Below, in pieces: positions 38,634-48,421 of a stretch of 64,000 nt of DNA. Position 1 is the stretch's first letter. Each line of letters opens with the position of its first letter. Source of the stretch: Acidobacteriota bacterium. GTDB lineage: Bacteria; Acidobacteriota; Vicinamibacteria; Vicinamibacterales; JAKQTR01. The stretch lies in NCBI GenBank assembly GCA_037133015.1, contig JBAXOX010000010.1, positions 11,210 to 75,209 on the forward strand, in the 5' to 3' direction. The translations under genes and the position numbers were made by a program. The notes under the pieces were generated by a model, which was given only the letters and a program-made list of their open reading frames with translations, made no database searches and had not been told where the DNA came from.

Positions 38634-39779
38634 TCAGAATCGAGGCAGCGCTGCCGAGAGCACCCATTGCAGGTCGACCAACTGACCGACGCGCAGCGGA
38701 TAGAGCGAAAACAGCGTCGGCCATTCGGCGCCTGCCAGATCTGCCGGCGTCTGCGGCGGTAGCATGCGAAGCGGAACGACGACCGGGTCGCTGGGCGGCG
38801 CGGTGGCCCGCACCGGAATCCGATACGCTCGGCCAGCGCGAAGCTGGCTGCCCGTCAATCCGTTGGCCTGCATGATGGCGCGCACCGAAGCCCCGTACCG
38901 GCTGGCGATCTGGCCAAGCGTCTGGCCGGGCTGAACCACATGACGCACCGTGTGGACCGGCGGCTTGACGATCTGCGATTCGACCAGGAACGGAAACGCC
39001 CGCCGCCCGAGTTCCTGCGCAACCGGGTTGTAGAACCGGACGTGATAGTGCGTCTGGTGCCGTGGGTAATGGCGAATGATGGCGTCTTTAAACCCTCTGG
39101 AAAACTGAAACACACGGTCGAGCCACGCCTTGTCTTCGCCGATGGTCAACGCGTGTTTGTAGAGCAATTTCTGGATGCGGGTGTCGAGAAGAATGGTCTC
39201 GACGTCGGTGCAGGTCACAAGGGATCGGACCAGTGCCCAGTTTCGGGACAGATCCAAATTCGCCGCCGTCCCCGTCTCGAACCACTTGGGCTGCCCGCCG
39301 CGATAATAATAGCCAAGATCGACATCGCGCCCGCCCTGGTGCGATTCGTGGCGCTTCATCCGCCCGCCGTCCATATTGCTGATATCGCCAACAAAAACGG
39401 GCTGGGTGTCGGGAAACAGCTCGTGCACTTTTTCGACGGCGGCTTGAATTCCTGCCATCGTTTCCGACGTGCCCCACGTATCGGCCGCAGGAGCAACCAG
39501 CCATCCTGGCCAGGCCGGCAAATTGACCGCGTTGATCAAAATGGCGCTGCCCGGTTTCCCAATCGTCAGCGACCCGAGCGAGGGAAGATCGAATTCAACC
39601 CGCTTCTTCAGTTCGTCGTCTGTCAACTCCAGGAGTGACGCAGGCGAATCGCGGATGGCCGACGCCCCACGGCCGACCGCTCGCGTTTCGGCCGTTCCGG
39701 GCGCAAAAGGGACCTCTGCGCCCACCGGCAACCAGGCGGCCAGCCAAAGCCCGACGATGACTCCGACGGGGGTCTTCAT
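38634..39779 (-). CDS. Murein endopeptidase MepA-like (peptidase M74) with C-terminal LysM domain
   Basis: Trimmed to ATG 39779 (signal MKTPVGVIVGLWLAAWL). M74-like metal-site segments (RHESHQGGRDVDLGYY, HQTHYHVRF). LysM-like segment (HVVQPGQTLGQIASRYGASVRAIMQANGL). Confidence 0.8.
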   Translation of the reverse strand: MKTPVGVIVGLWLAAWLPVGAEVPFAPGTAETRAVGRGASAIRDSPASLLELTDDELKKRVEFDLPSLGSLTIGKPGSAILINAVNLPAWPGWLVAPAADTWGTSETMAGIQAAVEKVHELFPDTQPVFVGDISNMDGGRMKRHESHQGGRDVDLGYYYRGGQPKWFETGTAANLDLSRNWALVRSLVTCTDVETILLDTRIQKLLYKHALTIGEDKAWLDRVFQFSRGFKDAIIRHYPRHQTHYHVRFYNPVAQELGRRAFPFLVESQIVKPPVHTVRHVVQPGQTLGQIASRYGASVRAIMQANGLTGSQLRAGRAYRIPVRATAPPSDPVVVPLRMLPPQTPADLAGAEWPTLFSLYPLRVGQLVDLQWVLSAALPRF

Positions 39780-39944
39780 AGTTAAGTCCGCCACTGTACT
39801 TGATCGCCACCCACTCAAGTCAAGAGTTTTCAGGCTGGAACCCCCGCCGGCCGGACGGGCGTCTATCTATCAGGATGGGGCCCTTTCCGGGCTTCGCCCT
39901 CCATGTACGGCCCCTGGGCGCGGGCCACCAACTGAGGAAAACCG

Positions 39945-40271
39945 ATGAAATCCCTTGCTTTGTTCGCGGTGGTCGCCGCCGTCCTCGTCGGGTTCGTGGG
40001 CGTGGCCGTTGCGGCCGAGACGACGGTGACCGGCACCGTGATGTGCGCGAAGTGCTCGCTCAAAAAGGCCGACGCAAAAGCGTGCCAGGACGTCGTGGTG
40101 GTCAAGGGCGAGAACGACACCGTGACCCAGTATTACGTCGTCAAGAACGATGTGTCGGAGAAGTTTGGCCACGTCTGCTCGGGCGAAAAGCCGGCCGTCG
40201 TCACCGGATCGGTCGAACAGAAGGATGGGAAGACCTGGATCACCGCCACCAAGATGGAAGAGAAGAAATAG
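39945..40271 (+). CDS. Small secreted Cys-containing protein of unknown function
   Basis: GAGGAAAA SD, a signal peptide (MKSLALFAVVAAVLVGFVGVAVA), a CAKC motif plus two further Cys, and a Lys-rich tail. It recalls small DUF-type proteins, but I cannot verify the family. Confidence 0.6.
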   Translation: MKSLALFAVVAAVLVGFVGVAVAAETTVTGTVMCAKCSLKKADAKACQDVVVVKGENDTVTQYYVVKNDVSEKFGHVCSGEKPAVVTGSVEQKDGKTWITATKMEEKK

Positions 40272-40278
40272 GGTCGGC

Positions 40279-41013
40279 CTACACCTCGAGCCGGGCCAGC
40301 AGGTGTGGCAGCATCCGGCGCCACCAGGGCCAGTCGTGGTTGACGTCGGTGCCCCAGTAGTCGAACCAGGCGGGAATGCCCTTGGCGGCGATTACTTCGT
40401 CGAGTTGTCGTGTGTCCCGGAGGCAATCCTCCTCCCACGCACCCTGGCCGACCGCGAAGGCGATTCGTGCTGAGCGGTACCGGTCGAGGTGCCACAGGTC
40501 CTGCAGGCCCGGCAGGTAGTCCAGTGGGCTGTTGAAGTAGATCGCGTCGTCGCTGTACCCGTCGGTAAACGCGGTGGCGCGGTAAAGCCCCGACAACCCG
40601 ATCACGCCATCGAACAGATCGGGGCGCCTGAAGAATGCGTTTGCGGCATGGAAGGCCCCCATGCTGCATCCCGTGGTCCAGCAACTCGACAGCCCCGTGT
40701 GCCGTTCGATGAACGGGACGACTTCGTCCACGATGTGGCGCTCGTACTGCTGGTGGCGGCGCGCCCGGTCCGCCGGATGCAGGCTCTTGTTGGTCCAGCT
40801 CTGGAAGTCGATGCCGTCGACGGCGAAGAACTTGACGCGGCCCGCGTCAACCAGCGAACAGCAGGCCTCCGCCATCCCGAAGCCCTCAAAATCGTAATAG
40901 CGTCCGTCCTGGCTCGGAAAGACCAGAACGGGCCGGCCCCAGTGGCCGTAGACTTTCAATTCCATGTTCTGGCCAAGCGCCGGGCTCCACCACGCGTGAT
41001 GCTCAACGTGCAT
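40279..41013 (-). CDS. Esterase-family alpha/beta hydrolase (putative esterase, PF00756-like)
   Basis: 244-aa ORF. MELKVYGHWGRPVLVFPSQDGRYYDFE is typical of this esterase family. Nucleophile elbow GCSMG. Starts 3 bp after the ATP-grasp stop. Confidence 0.8.
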   Translation of the reverse strand: MHVEHHAWWSPALGQNMELKVYGHWGRPVLVFPSQDGRYYDFEGFGMAEACCSLVDAGRVKFFAVDGIDFQSWTNKSLHPADRARRHQQYERHIVDEVVPFIERHTGLSSCWTTGCSMGAFHAANAFFRRPDLFDGVIGLSGLYRATAFTDGYSDDAIYFNSPLDYLPGLQDLWHLDRYRSARIAFAVGQGAWEEDCLRDTRQLDEVIAAKGIPAWFDYWGTDVNHDWPWWRRMLPHLLARLEV

Positions 41014-41016
41014 GGT

Positions 41017-42177
41017 TCAGGCCCTGGCCTGGATAAACGCGGCGGCGCCTTCGAGTTCGGCGAGGCTGCCGGATTTCAAGATGTAGCCATGATTGCCAAT
41101 CGCGGCGCTGAACACGTCGTCGAGGCCTTGATGGTGAACCAGCCACGGGCCGCAGTGTTGCACGACCTCCTCGTGGCTCGATCGATACACGGTGCGGTGC
41201 TTTCGGCCGATGTAGGCGCAGAACCACCGGGCAGGCCTGGGAATGTCGCACCGGCCCGTCACCAGCAGTTGCGCCCAGCCCAGGAAGAGGTCGGTCTCGT
41301 TCTGGTAATTCCACATATCGACGGTGAGGCCGCCTGGCGGCCGCAAATTCACCTCGAGCGCGGTGAGGCTACCGTCGGCGAGCCGGAAGAACTCAAAGTG
41401 GAAAAAGCGTTCACGCACGCCGAAAGCATCAACCAGCACCCGCCCGGCTCTTTTCAGATCCTCCGGGATCTCACGCTCTGCGTAGTACCAAAGGTCCGTG
41501 CCGTCGTTGACCACGTCCATCACGCCACGGCTGTATCGCATGCTGGATTCGAAGACGACCGCGCCGTTGCGATCCGTCAGGCCGTCGTAGGTGACGATGG
41601 CGCCGTCGACGAACTCCTCGACCAGATAGTCGGTTGACAACCCCTCGGCGGCAAAGGCCTCGAGGTCGCGGTCGCTTACCAGTTTGTAGGTCTTCGACGC
41701 GCCTACTCCGATATCGGGTTTCGCCACGACGGGATACCCCGCCTCTGCGACAAACGCCTCCAGGTCGGCGGTGGTGCGGCAAAGCCGGCCACGGGCGCAG
41801 GGAATGCCCGCCTCGAGAAAAATTTCCTTCATCAGGCTCTTGCGCTGGCCGCGGAGCAGTTGGGCTGGCCGCAGGCCCGGGATGTTGAAATCTTCCCTCA
41901 GGCGCCCTTCGATCTCGAGCCAGTGCTCGCTCATCGAATCAAGGCGGTCCAGTTTCCCATGCCTGGCGGTGAAGTGGCCCAGGCCTCTGAGCAGGGCCTC
42001 GTAGTCATTCATGTCCGGCACGCGGTAGTACTCGGTCAGCGCGGCTTGCAGTTCCGGCCGCAGCCGGTCGAACGGCTCGTCAGCGATGCCGAGCACCGTC
42101 GCGCCCATCTGTTTGAGGCGAACGCAGAAGGGAAAGAAGTTTGGCGGGAAGTGGGGAGAAAGGAAAACGACGTTCAT
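41017..42177 (-). CDS. ATP-grasp domain protein (carboxylate-amine ligase-like), unknown substrate
   Basis: Trimmed to ATG 42177 (MNVVFLSPHFPPNFF...). ATP-grasp core (YPVVAKPDIGVGASKTYKL, YLVEEFVDG, ALEVNLRPPGG). The 193-codon upstream extension overlaps thrC. Confidence 0.8.
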   Translation of the reverse strand: MNVVFLSPHFPPNFFPFCVRLKQMGATVLGIADEPFDRLRPELQAALTEYYRVPDMNDYEALLRGLGHFTARHGKLDRLDSMSEHWLEIEGRLREDFNIPGLRPAQLLRGQRKSLMKEIFLEAGIPCARGRLCRTTADLEAFVAEAGYPVVAKPDIGVGASKTYKLVSDRDLEAFAAEGLSTDYLVEEFVDGAIVTYDGLTDRNGAVVFESSMRYSRGVMDVVNDGTDLWYYAEREIPEDLKRAGRVLVDAFGVRERFFHFEFFRLADGSLTALEVNLRPPGGLTVDMWNYQNETDLFLGWAQLLVTGRCDIPRPARWFCAYIGRKHRTVYRSSHEEVVQHCGPWLVHHQGLDDVFSAAIGNHGYILKSGSLAELEGAAAFIQARA

Positions 42178-42221
42178 GGCAGCACCCTCTCGAGTATTCT
42201 CCCGCCTCGCGGCTGCCAGGT

Positions 42222-43529
42222 CTAATTCGACGGTTGACGCAACACGGATCGCAGGTCGTCGAGCCTGGCTTCTACGTGGATCTGCGCTGATGGCAGCGCG
42301 AGCAACTTGGCCAGCGGCGCCGGCACGGGGACGTCGGTTCCAATCAACGGCTCGACGATGTCGTTGAACTTGGCGGGATGGGCGGTGGCGACCAGCACCC
42401 AGCGATCCAGGCGGCGGGCCGCTGGCAGTTGGCGGTACACGTAGGCCGCGGTTGCCGTGTGCGGGCACCACACGCGGCCCAGGTCGGCATAGTCGCGGCG
42501 GATGGTCTCGCGAATCTCGTCGTCGGTCACCGCGTGCGCGCTCATCTGGCCGCCAAGCCGACCGGTCTCCGGGTAGAGCCAGCGCAGCCGTTCCATGTTG
42601 CTCGGGTTGCCCACATCCATTGCGGAGGCCAGCGTCGCCACGCTGGCGCGCGGCTGCCAGGATCCGGTCCGCAGGAAGTCGGTGACCGTGAGGTTGGCGT
42701 TGGTGGCGAGAACGACGTCCCCGATCGGCAGGCCCGCGGCCTTGGTCCAGAGGCATGCCGCGGCATTGCCGAGGTTGCCCGAAGGCACGATAAAGTGCGG
42801 CGCCCGCCCGTCGCGCCGCCAGAGTTCGAGACTGGTTCTGGCGTAATAGACCATCTGCGGCAGCAACCGGCCGACGTTGATGCTGTTGGCCGACGAGAGC
42901 AGGAGCGCGCGGGCGAGGTCGGCATCGACAAACGCCTCTTTCACCATGCGCTGGCAGTGGTCGAAGGTGCCGGCCACCGACAGGGTGCGCACGTTTCCGC
43001 CCCAGCAGGCCAGTTGCTTTTCCTGCCGCGCGGAGACGAGCCCCCGCGGGTACAACACCACCACGTCAACCCAAGGGCGTCCGAAAAATGCGGCGGCCAC
43101 GGCGCTGCCGGTATCGCCGGATGTCGCCACCAGAATCGTCAGCCGGCGCGGGTCAGGCCGGGGAATGCGCTCGAGCGCGGCCGCGAGGAATCTGGCGCCG
43201 ACGTCCTTGAATGCCGCCGTGGGACCATGGAACAACTCGAGCACCGACAGCGGGCCGCCCGCGCCATCGACATCGACCAGGGGCACTGGAAAGTTGAACG
43301 CATCAGGGAGTATGGCGGCGAGGTGTGCCGCGAGGGGATCTTCTGCCACGAATGGCCTGAGCAAGATCCGGGCGACGTCCGCCATGTCGGTCGCCTGGTC
43401 GAAATCGCTGCGGGTGATGCACGGCAGCGCGTCCGGCACGTACAGGCCGCCATCCGGTGCCAACCCGCGGGTAATGGCTTCACTCAGACCGACACCGTGC
43501 CCGGATCCTCGGGTGCTGACAAACTGCAT
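42222..43529 (-). CDS. thrC: Threonine synthase
   Basis: MQFVSTRG... N-terminus and the PLP-lysine motif FHGPTAAFKD. The ATG overlaps the thrB stop (TGATG). Confidence 0.9.
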   Translation of the reverse strand: MQFVSTRGSGHGVGLSEAITRGLAPDGGLYVPDALPCITRSDFDQATDMADVARILLRPFVAEDPLAAHLAAILPDAFNFPVPLVDVDGAGGPLSVLELFHGPTAAFKDVGARFLAAALERIPRPDPRRLTILVATSGDTGSAVAAAFFGRPWVDVVVLYPRGLVSARQEKQLACWGGNVRTLSVAGTFDHCQRMVKEAFVDADLARALLLSSANSINVGRLLPQMVYYARTSLELWRRDGRAPHFIVPSGNLGNAAACLWTKAAGLPIGDVVLATNANLTVTDFLRTGSWQPRASVATLASAMDVGNPSNMERLRWLYPETGRLGGQMSAHAVTDDEIRETIRRDYADLGRVWCPHTATAAYVYRQLPAARRLDRWVLVATAHPAKFNDIVEPLIGTDVPVPAPLAKLLALPSAQIHVEARLDDLRSVLRQPSN

Positions 43530-44470
43530 CAATCCCCCACCACTCGCGCGCCCTCGCTGTCGATGGCCGACACCCAGCTGTCGCCGTCGATGCCGTGCTG
43601 GCGAAACGCCGCGACCATGCCGGCTCTCACGTGTTCGGCATCGCCCTCTTCGGCCCACGCAAAAATGGTGGGCCCTGCGCCCGAAATAGAGGCGCCCAGC
43701 GCCCCGGCGCCGAGAGCCGCCTGCTTGACGTCGGCGAACCCCGGAATCAACACCTGCCGTTGCGGTTCAATAACCACGTCGAGCAGCGACACGCGAATCA
43801 GCGCGAGATCCGACGTGTAACAGCCGGCGAGAAACCCGGCCAGATTCGCCTGCTGCCAGATCACATCGGACAGTTCGACCGTCTTGCGAAGGATCGCGCG
43901 GGCCTCGCGCGTCGAGAGCACCATGTGCGGATGCACGAGCACGCAGCGCACCGTGTCTGGGACCGGGACGCGCTTGACGAACGGATGGTCGATGCCGACC
44001 GTCACGATCAGGCCGCCGTACAGCGACGGCGCGATGTTGTCGGCGTGCATCGATCCGCTGGCAACCGCTTCGCCCTCCATCGCAAACTTGAGCAACTGGC
44101 TGTGGTCGAGAGGTTCGTCGACCACGGCCGCGGCGGCAACCACAGCCGCGACGGCTGAGGCGGCCGACCCGCCGAGGCCCGACTCGAGCGGAATGCCCTT
44201 GTCGATTTCGATCTCGAACCCGTGGGTCAGCTCGAGTGCTCGTGCCAGCGCAAGCACGGCCATGCCGGCGGTGTTTTTGTCCGCGTCCATCGGCAGGTCG
44301 CGCACGACCCCGCGAATCGAGCGAATCACCACGCCAGGTTCGGGGCGGCGAATCACCCGCACCCGGTCGCCGATGGCCGCCACCGAGTGCCCGAGCACGT
44401 CGAAACCGACGGCGACATTGCCGACGCTTGCCGGCGCAAACGCGGTCGCCGACCGCCTGGGTTTCGTCAC
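43529..44470 (-). CDS. thrB: Homoserine kinase
   Basis: GTG start overlapping the thrA stop (GTGA). GHMP-kinase motif (PLESGLGGSAASAVAAV). About 313 aa. The long upstream ORF extension is rejected. Confidence 0.9.
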   Translation of the reverse strand: MTKPRRSATAFAPASVGNVAVGFDVLGHSVAAIGDRVRVIRRPEPGVVIRSIRGVVRDLPMDADKNTAGMAVLALARALELTHGFEIEIDKGIPLESGLGGSAASAVAAVVAAAAVVDEPLDHSQLLKFAMEGEAVASGSMHADNIAPSLYGGLIVTVGIDHPFVKRVPVPDTVRCVLVHPHMVLSTREARAILRKTVELSDVIWQQANLAGFLAGCYTSDLALIRVSLLDVVIEPQRQVLIPGFADVKQAALGAGALGASISGAGPTIFAWAEEGDAEHVRAGMVAAFRQHGIDGDSWVSAIDSEGARVVGD

Positions 44471-46941
44471 AGTTTGGCCCCGAGGTAGGCACACACTCGC
44501 AGGAAATCGGCAAACACGCCCGCGGCGGTGACGGCCGGGCCGGCGCCCGGTCCCATGACCGTCAGTGGGTTCTTGTCGTAGCGGGCCGTCTCGAAACGCA
44601 CGATGTTGTCGGTGAGCGCGATGCTGGCGAACTGGTGCGAGGTGGGCAACTCCACCAGGCCCACACGCGCGTCGCCGTGCGCGTCGACCGACCCCACGTA
44701 GCGCAGTACCTGTCCGCCGGCGCGCGCCGACTGCAGCCGCGCCAGCATCGGCGCGTCGAAGGCGGCGAGCCGTTCGAGAAACTCGTCCAACCCGCACCCC
44801 GCCAGCGCGGCAGGCACAAGGCTTTCCACCTGCACGTCGCTCAACTCGATCCGCAGGCCCATTTCGCGCCCCAGGATGATGAGCTTGCGTGCGACGTCCA
44901 TCCCCGAGAGATCGTCGCGGGGATCGGGTTCGGTGTACCCGAGCACTTTCGCCTTTCGGACCACCGCCGAAAACGACTCGCTTCCGTCCCACGTGTTGAA
45001 CAGGTAGGCGAGCGTGCCGGAGAACATGCCCTCGATGCGTTGGATGCGATCCCCGGTTTCGCGCAGGTCGCGCAGGGTCTGAATGATCGGCAGGCCTGCG
45101 CCAACCGTGGCCTCGTACAAGTAGTGCGATCCGCCGGCACGGCGCGCCTCGATGAGACGTCCATACTCGGCGTAACTCGAACTGTTGGCCTTCTTGTTCG
45201 GCGTCACGATATTGATGCCTGCGGCAAGCCAGTGTGCGTAGTGTGCGGCGACCGCCGCGCTCGAACTGCAGTCGATAATGACCGCGTGCGGAACATGGTC
45301 GGCGTGCACGTGATCGGCGAACCGCGCGAGATCGGCGGCCTCGCTGCCCGACGCGAGATCCTCGCGCCAGCGCGAGAGGTCGATCGCCCCCGCCTCGAGC
45401 CGCATGCGCCTCGATCCGGTAATGCCCCTGAGTCGCAGATCCACATGGAACTCACGGCGCAACCGCTCGGCCTGCGACTGAATCTGCTCGAGCAGCGCCC
45501 CGCCCACCAACCCAGGCCCGATAAGCCCGACCGAGATCGTGTGCGGCGACAGATAGAAACTCGAATGCACCGCGCGCAGGGCGCGAGCACTGCTGCGCCC
45601 GTCGATCACGGCAGAAATGTTGCGCTCGGAAGCGCCCTGGGCAATCGCCCGGACGTTGACCCCGGCCGATCCGAGTGCCCCGAACACTTGTGCCGCGACG
45701 CCAAGGGCGCCCGCCATGCCGTCGCCCACCACGGCCAGAACGCTGCAACCCCGAACCGCCTCGACACTCTGAATCTGACCCTCGCGCAGTTCGGCGTCGA
45801 ACGCCCGGCGCACAACGCGCTCGGCGCGGTCGGCTTCGGCCTCCGGCACGGCAAAGCAGATCGAATGCTCCGAACTGCCCTGCGAAATGATGATGACCGA
45901 GATACCCTCTTCGTCCAGCGCGCCAAAGAGGCGGTGCGCCGTGCCCGGGACCCCGATCATGCCGGCGCCCTCGATGTTCACCAGCGCGACCTGATCGATG
46001 GTGGTGATGCCCTTGACCACGGGGGTCGGCGCCGTGCCATCGTGAATCAGCGTGCCTGGCGCGTCGGAGGAAAACGTGTTCTTGATCCAGATTGGGATAC
46101 GTTTCTGGACCGCCGGCGCCATCGTCGTCGGATGAATCACCTTCGCCCCGAAGTAGGCGAGCTCCATCGCCTCGTTGTACGACAGTTGTTCGATCACCTG
46201 GGCGTCGGGCACCAGGCGCGGATCGGCGCTCAGCAGGCCGTCCACGTCGGTCCAGATGACGATCTGGGCCGCATCCAGCAGCCAGCCGAAGATCGACGCC
46301 GAGTAGTCGCTGCCCTTGCGCCCTAGCGTCGTCTGGATGCCGCCGGTGTCGTTGGCGATAAAGCCGGTGATCACGAGCGTGCCCACGAAGTCGGACGCAA
46401 CCTGTTCGCGGAGATTGGCCCGCGACGGTTCCCATCTGACGCCGGGTCCCATCGGGCCCCAGTCCACCACCAGGACGCGGCGGGCATCCAGCCACTGCAC
46501 ACGGCCAGCCGAGAAACCCCGGCGCCTGAGCAGGCGTTCGAACAGACGGGTGGACCAGATCTCGCCGTAGCCCGAGATCAGGTCCCGCATGGTTCTGGAG
46601 GCCGACCGAATCAGCCGGATGGTCTGGAGGATGCCGCCAATGTCGTGGCAATCCCGGTCGAGCGCGGTGACGAACTCCTCGCAGAGGTCGTCGGGCAGCA
46701 ACTCGCGGGCGATGCCGACGTGGCGAAGCCGAAGCTGCTCGAGCCCTTCGTCGAGCCCCGGATCGCTTCGCTCTGCCTGCGCCACCAGCACCAGCAGCGC
46801 GTCTGTCACGCCGCGGCACGCCGACAACACGACGGCTTTGCGCGACGCCGGATCGGCCTCGACAATCGCCGCGACGCGCTCCATGCACGCCGCGTCGGCG
46901 ACGCTCGATCCGCCGAACTTATGAACGGTCCAGGCTCGCAC
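44467..46941 (-). CDS. thrA: Bifunctional aspartokinase / homoserine dehydrogenase
   Basis: 824 aa. N-terminal aspartokinase (VHKFGGSSVADA), ACT-like middle region, and C-terminal homoserine dehydrogenase. GTG start. Confidence 0.95.
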   Translation of the reverse strand: MRAWTVHKFGGSSVADAACMERVAAIVEADPASRKAVVLSACRGVTDALLVLVAQAERSDPGLDEGLEQLRLRHVGIARELLPDDLCEEFVTALDRDCHDIGGILQTIRLIRSASRTMRDLISGYGEIWSTRLFERLLRRRGFSAGRVQWLDARRVLVVDWGPMGPGVRWEPSRANLREQVASDFVGTLVITGFIANDTGGIQTTLGRKGSDYSASIFGWLLDAAQIVIWTDVDGLLSADPRLVPDAQVIEQLSYNEAMELAYFGAKVIHPTTMAPAVQKRIPIWIKNTFSSDAPGTLIHDGTAPTPVVKGITTIDQVALVNIEGAGMIGVPGTAHRLFGALDEEGISVIIISQGSSEHSICFAVPEAEADRAERVVRRAFDAELREGQIQSVEAVRGCSVLAVVGDGMAGALGVAAQVFGALGSAGVNVRAIAQGASERNISAVIDGRSSARALRAVHSSFYLSPHTISVGLIGPGLVGGALLEQIQSQAERLRREFHVDLRLRGITGSRRMRLEAGAIDLSRWREDLASGSEAADLARFADHVHADHVPHAVIIDCSSSAAVAAHYAHWLAAGINIVTPNKKANSSSYAEYGRLIEARRAGGSHYLYEATVGAGLPIIQTLRDLRETGDRIQRIEGMFSGTLAYLFNTWDGSESFSAVVRKAKVLGYTEPDPRDDLSGMDVARKLIILGREMGLRIELSDVQVESLVPAALAGCGLDEFLERLAAFDAPMLARLQSARAGGQVLRYVGSVDAHGDARVGLVELPTSHQFASIALTDNIVRFETARYDKNPLTVMGPGAGPAVTAAGVFADFLRVCAYLGAKL

Positions 46942-47005
46942 GATCGTTCAACTCCCCACTGCCCCCGAGCGTGCCCGACGGCTCCTGCGACCGCTGCGGT
47001 CCCGG

Positions 47006-48421
47006 TTACGCCTTGGCGGCCTTCGGCGCCTCACCCGGCGGGTCGAGCCGATCGACCAGTGCGTCGAGGTCCTGGAACCGGAACACCTGGTCCATCATGT
47101 TGTGCGCCTTGAGCACCGGTTGATAGCGGTGCAGGGCCTTGTACGCCTGATTGCGCACCAGCTTGGTCCACAACGCCCGGACCTTGGGGTCGGTGCTCGC
47201 GGGCTCGTACTCGAGATATTCCCGGACCAGCGGGTGATTCGGCGTGATGTCGCACGCCATCGTCGTCGACGCGGCGACGCCGTGCGCGATGGTGCCGAGG
47301 CTCTCTTCCTTTTCGCCGCGACGCCGGATCAGGTCTTCGAAGATCGCCGGCGTCCGCATGTTGACGATGTTGGTCGGCCAGGAGATGCCGGCCTTGAGGA
47401 TGTTGAACGCGCGATCGTTGGGCGCTTCGGCCTCGGCCGCAATCCACGGCGAATAGAGCGGCTGCAGCATGTGGCCCGGCGAGAAGTAGAGCGCTCGCCC
47501 GGCGCCCCGGTAGAAGAACTCCCACGCGTTTTCGTCCACGTCGGCCAGCACCTTCTGCACCAGATCCACCATCGGGAAGTTGAAGCAGCGCGTCACCAGT
47601 CCCAGCGATTCCAGAGCGGAGCCCACATAGCCGGGCCGCGAATTGTTCTGGCACAGCTTGATGAAAATCTTCAGGACCCGCTCGACTTCTTTGGTCGAAC
47701 TCTCCGGCGTGAGTTGCTTCATCAGCGATTCGGCCACGCACAGACCCAGCCCGGCGTGCATCATGGTGAACGACTTGTCCGGCATCGTAGCGGCCTGGCC
47801 ATCGACCAGAAGGCCGTGCGCGTCTTCGCTGCAGTCCCACTTCATGTGCCAGGTCCGCTGGCAGTAGACGTGGCCGAGGCCTTCAACCGTCCAGATGCTC
47901 TCGAAATCGCCGACGTTGTACGCCTTATCCATGAACACGGAGAGGTCGAATTCGCCCGTCTTCGGGATGCCGATCTTCTCCGGATTGTTGCGGACCAGCG
48001 TAAAGACGTAGCGGGTGTTCTTCGCCTGCTGGGTGTGCAGGGATTCCTGCTTGCCGATCGTTGCGTCCGCCGCGAGCTGCCCTTGCGTAAACAGATGATC
48101 GGTCACCTTCACCCAGTACGACGGGCTGAGCGCCTTGAGCGTGATCACATCGAACATCATGTCGATGGCCTTGGTCTGGTATTCGTCCCCGGCGATGAAC
48201 ATCACGGCCGCCGGATCCCCGAATTTATTGACGGTCTGCTTGGCGCTCCTGTAGAGCTGGCCGGAGAGCGACTTCGGATCCTCGCCCTCGGGCCCGGGCG
48301 CGGGCGGATTTTTGGCCGTGACGTGCTTCTCGGAGATCCCGATGAATTTGGCGATTTCCTGCCCCGAATAGAGACCCTTTGCGAGAGCGTATCGCATGGC
48401 GGATCGGGTAAATTCCCTCAT
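47006..48421 (-). CDS. Hypothetical protein (471 aa), no family recognised with confidence
   Basis: Trimmed to ATG 48421 (AGGAGA SD 5 nt upstream). Coding-like composition throughout. Recurrent small G-x-G helix-turn motifs (EGLGHVY, HAGLGLCV, ESLGLVT, RGAGRALYF) vaguely recall DUF1702-type proteins; this is unverified. Confidence 0.6.
   Translation of the reverse strand: MREFTRSAMRYALAKGLYSGQEIAKFIGISEKHVTAKNPPAPGPEGEDPKSLSGQLYRSAKQTVNKFGDPAAVMFIAGDEYQTKAIDMMFDVITLKALSPSYWVKVTDHLFTQGQLAADATIGKQESLHTQQAKNTRYVFTLVRNNPEKIGIPKTGEFDLSVFMDKAYNVGDFESIWTVEGLGHVYCQRTWHMKWDCSEDAHGLLVDGQAATMPDKSFTMMHAGLGLCVAESLMKQLTPESSTKEVERVLKIFIKLCQNNSRPGYVGSALESLGLVTRCFNFPMVDLVQKVLADVDENAWEFFYRGAGRALYFSPGHMLQPLYSPWIAAEAEAPNDRAFNILKAGISWPTNIVNMRTPAIFEDLIRRRGEKEESLGTIAHGVAASTTMACDITPNHPLVREYLEYEPASTDPKVRALWTKLVRNQAYKALHRYQPVLKAHNMMDQVFRFQDLDALVDRLDPPGEAPKAAKA

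Noticed and set aside
42178-42756. An upstream extension of the ATP-grasp ORF (579-aa version)
   Set aside because: It overlaps the 3' part of thrC in another frame. The conserved ATP-grasp sequence begins at MNVVFLSPHFPP (ATG 42177).
44471-44992. An upstream extension of the thrB ORF (487-aa version)
   Set aside because: It overlaps the thrA 3' end. The homoserine-kinase similarity begins at the GTG at 44470, which forms a GTGA overlap with the thrA stop.
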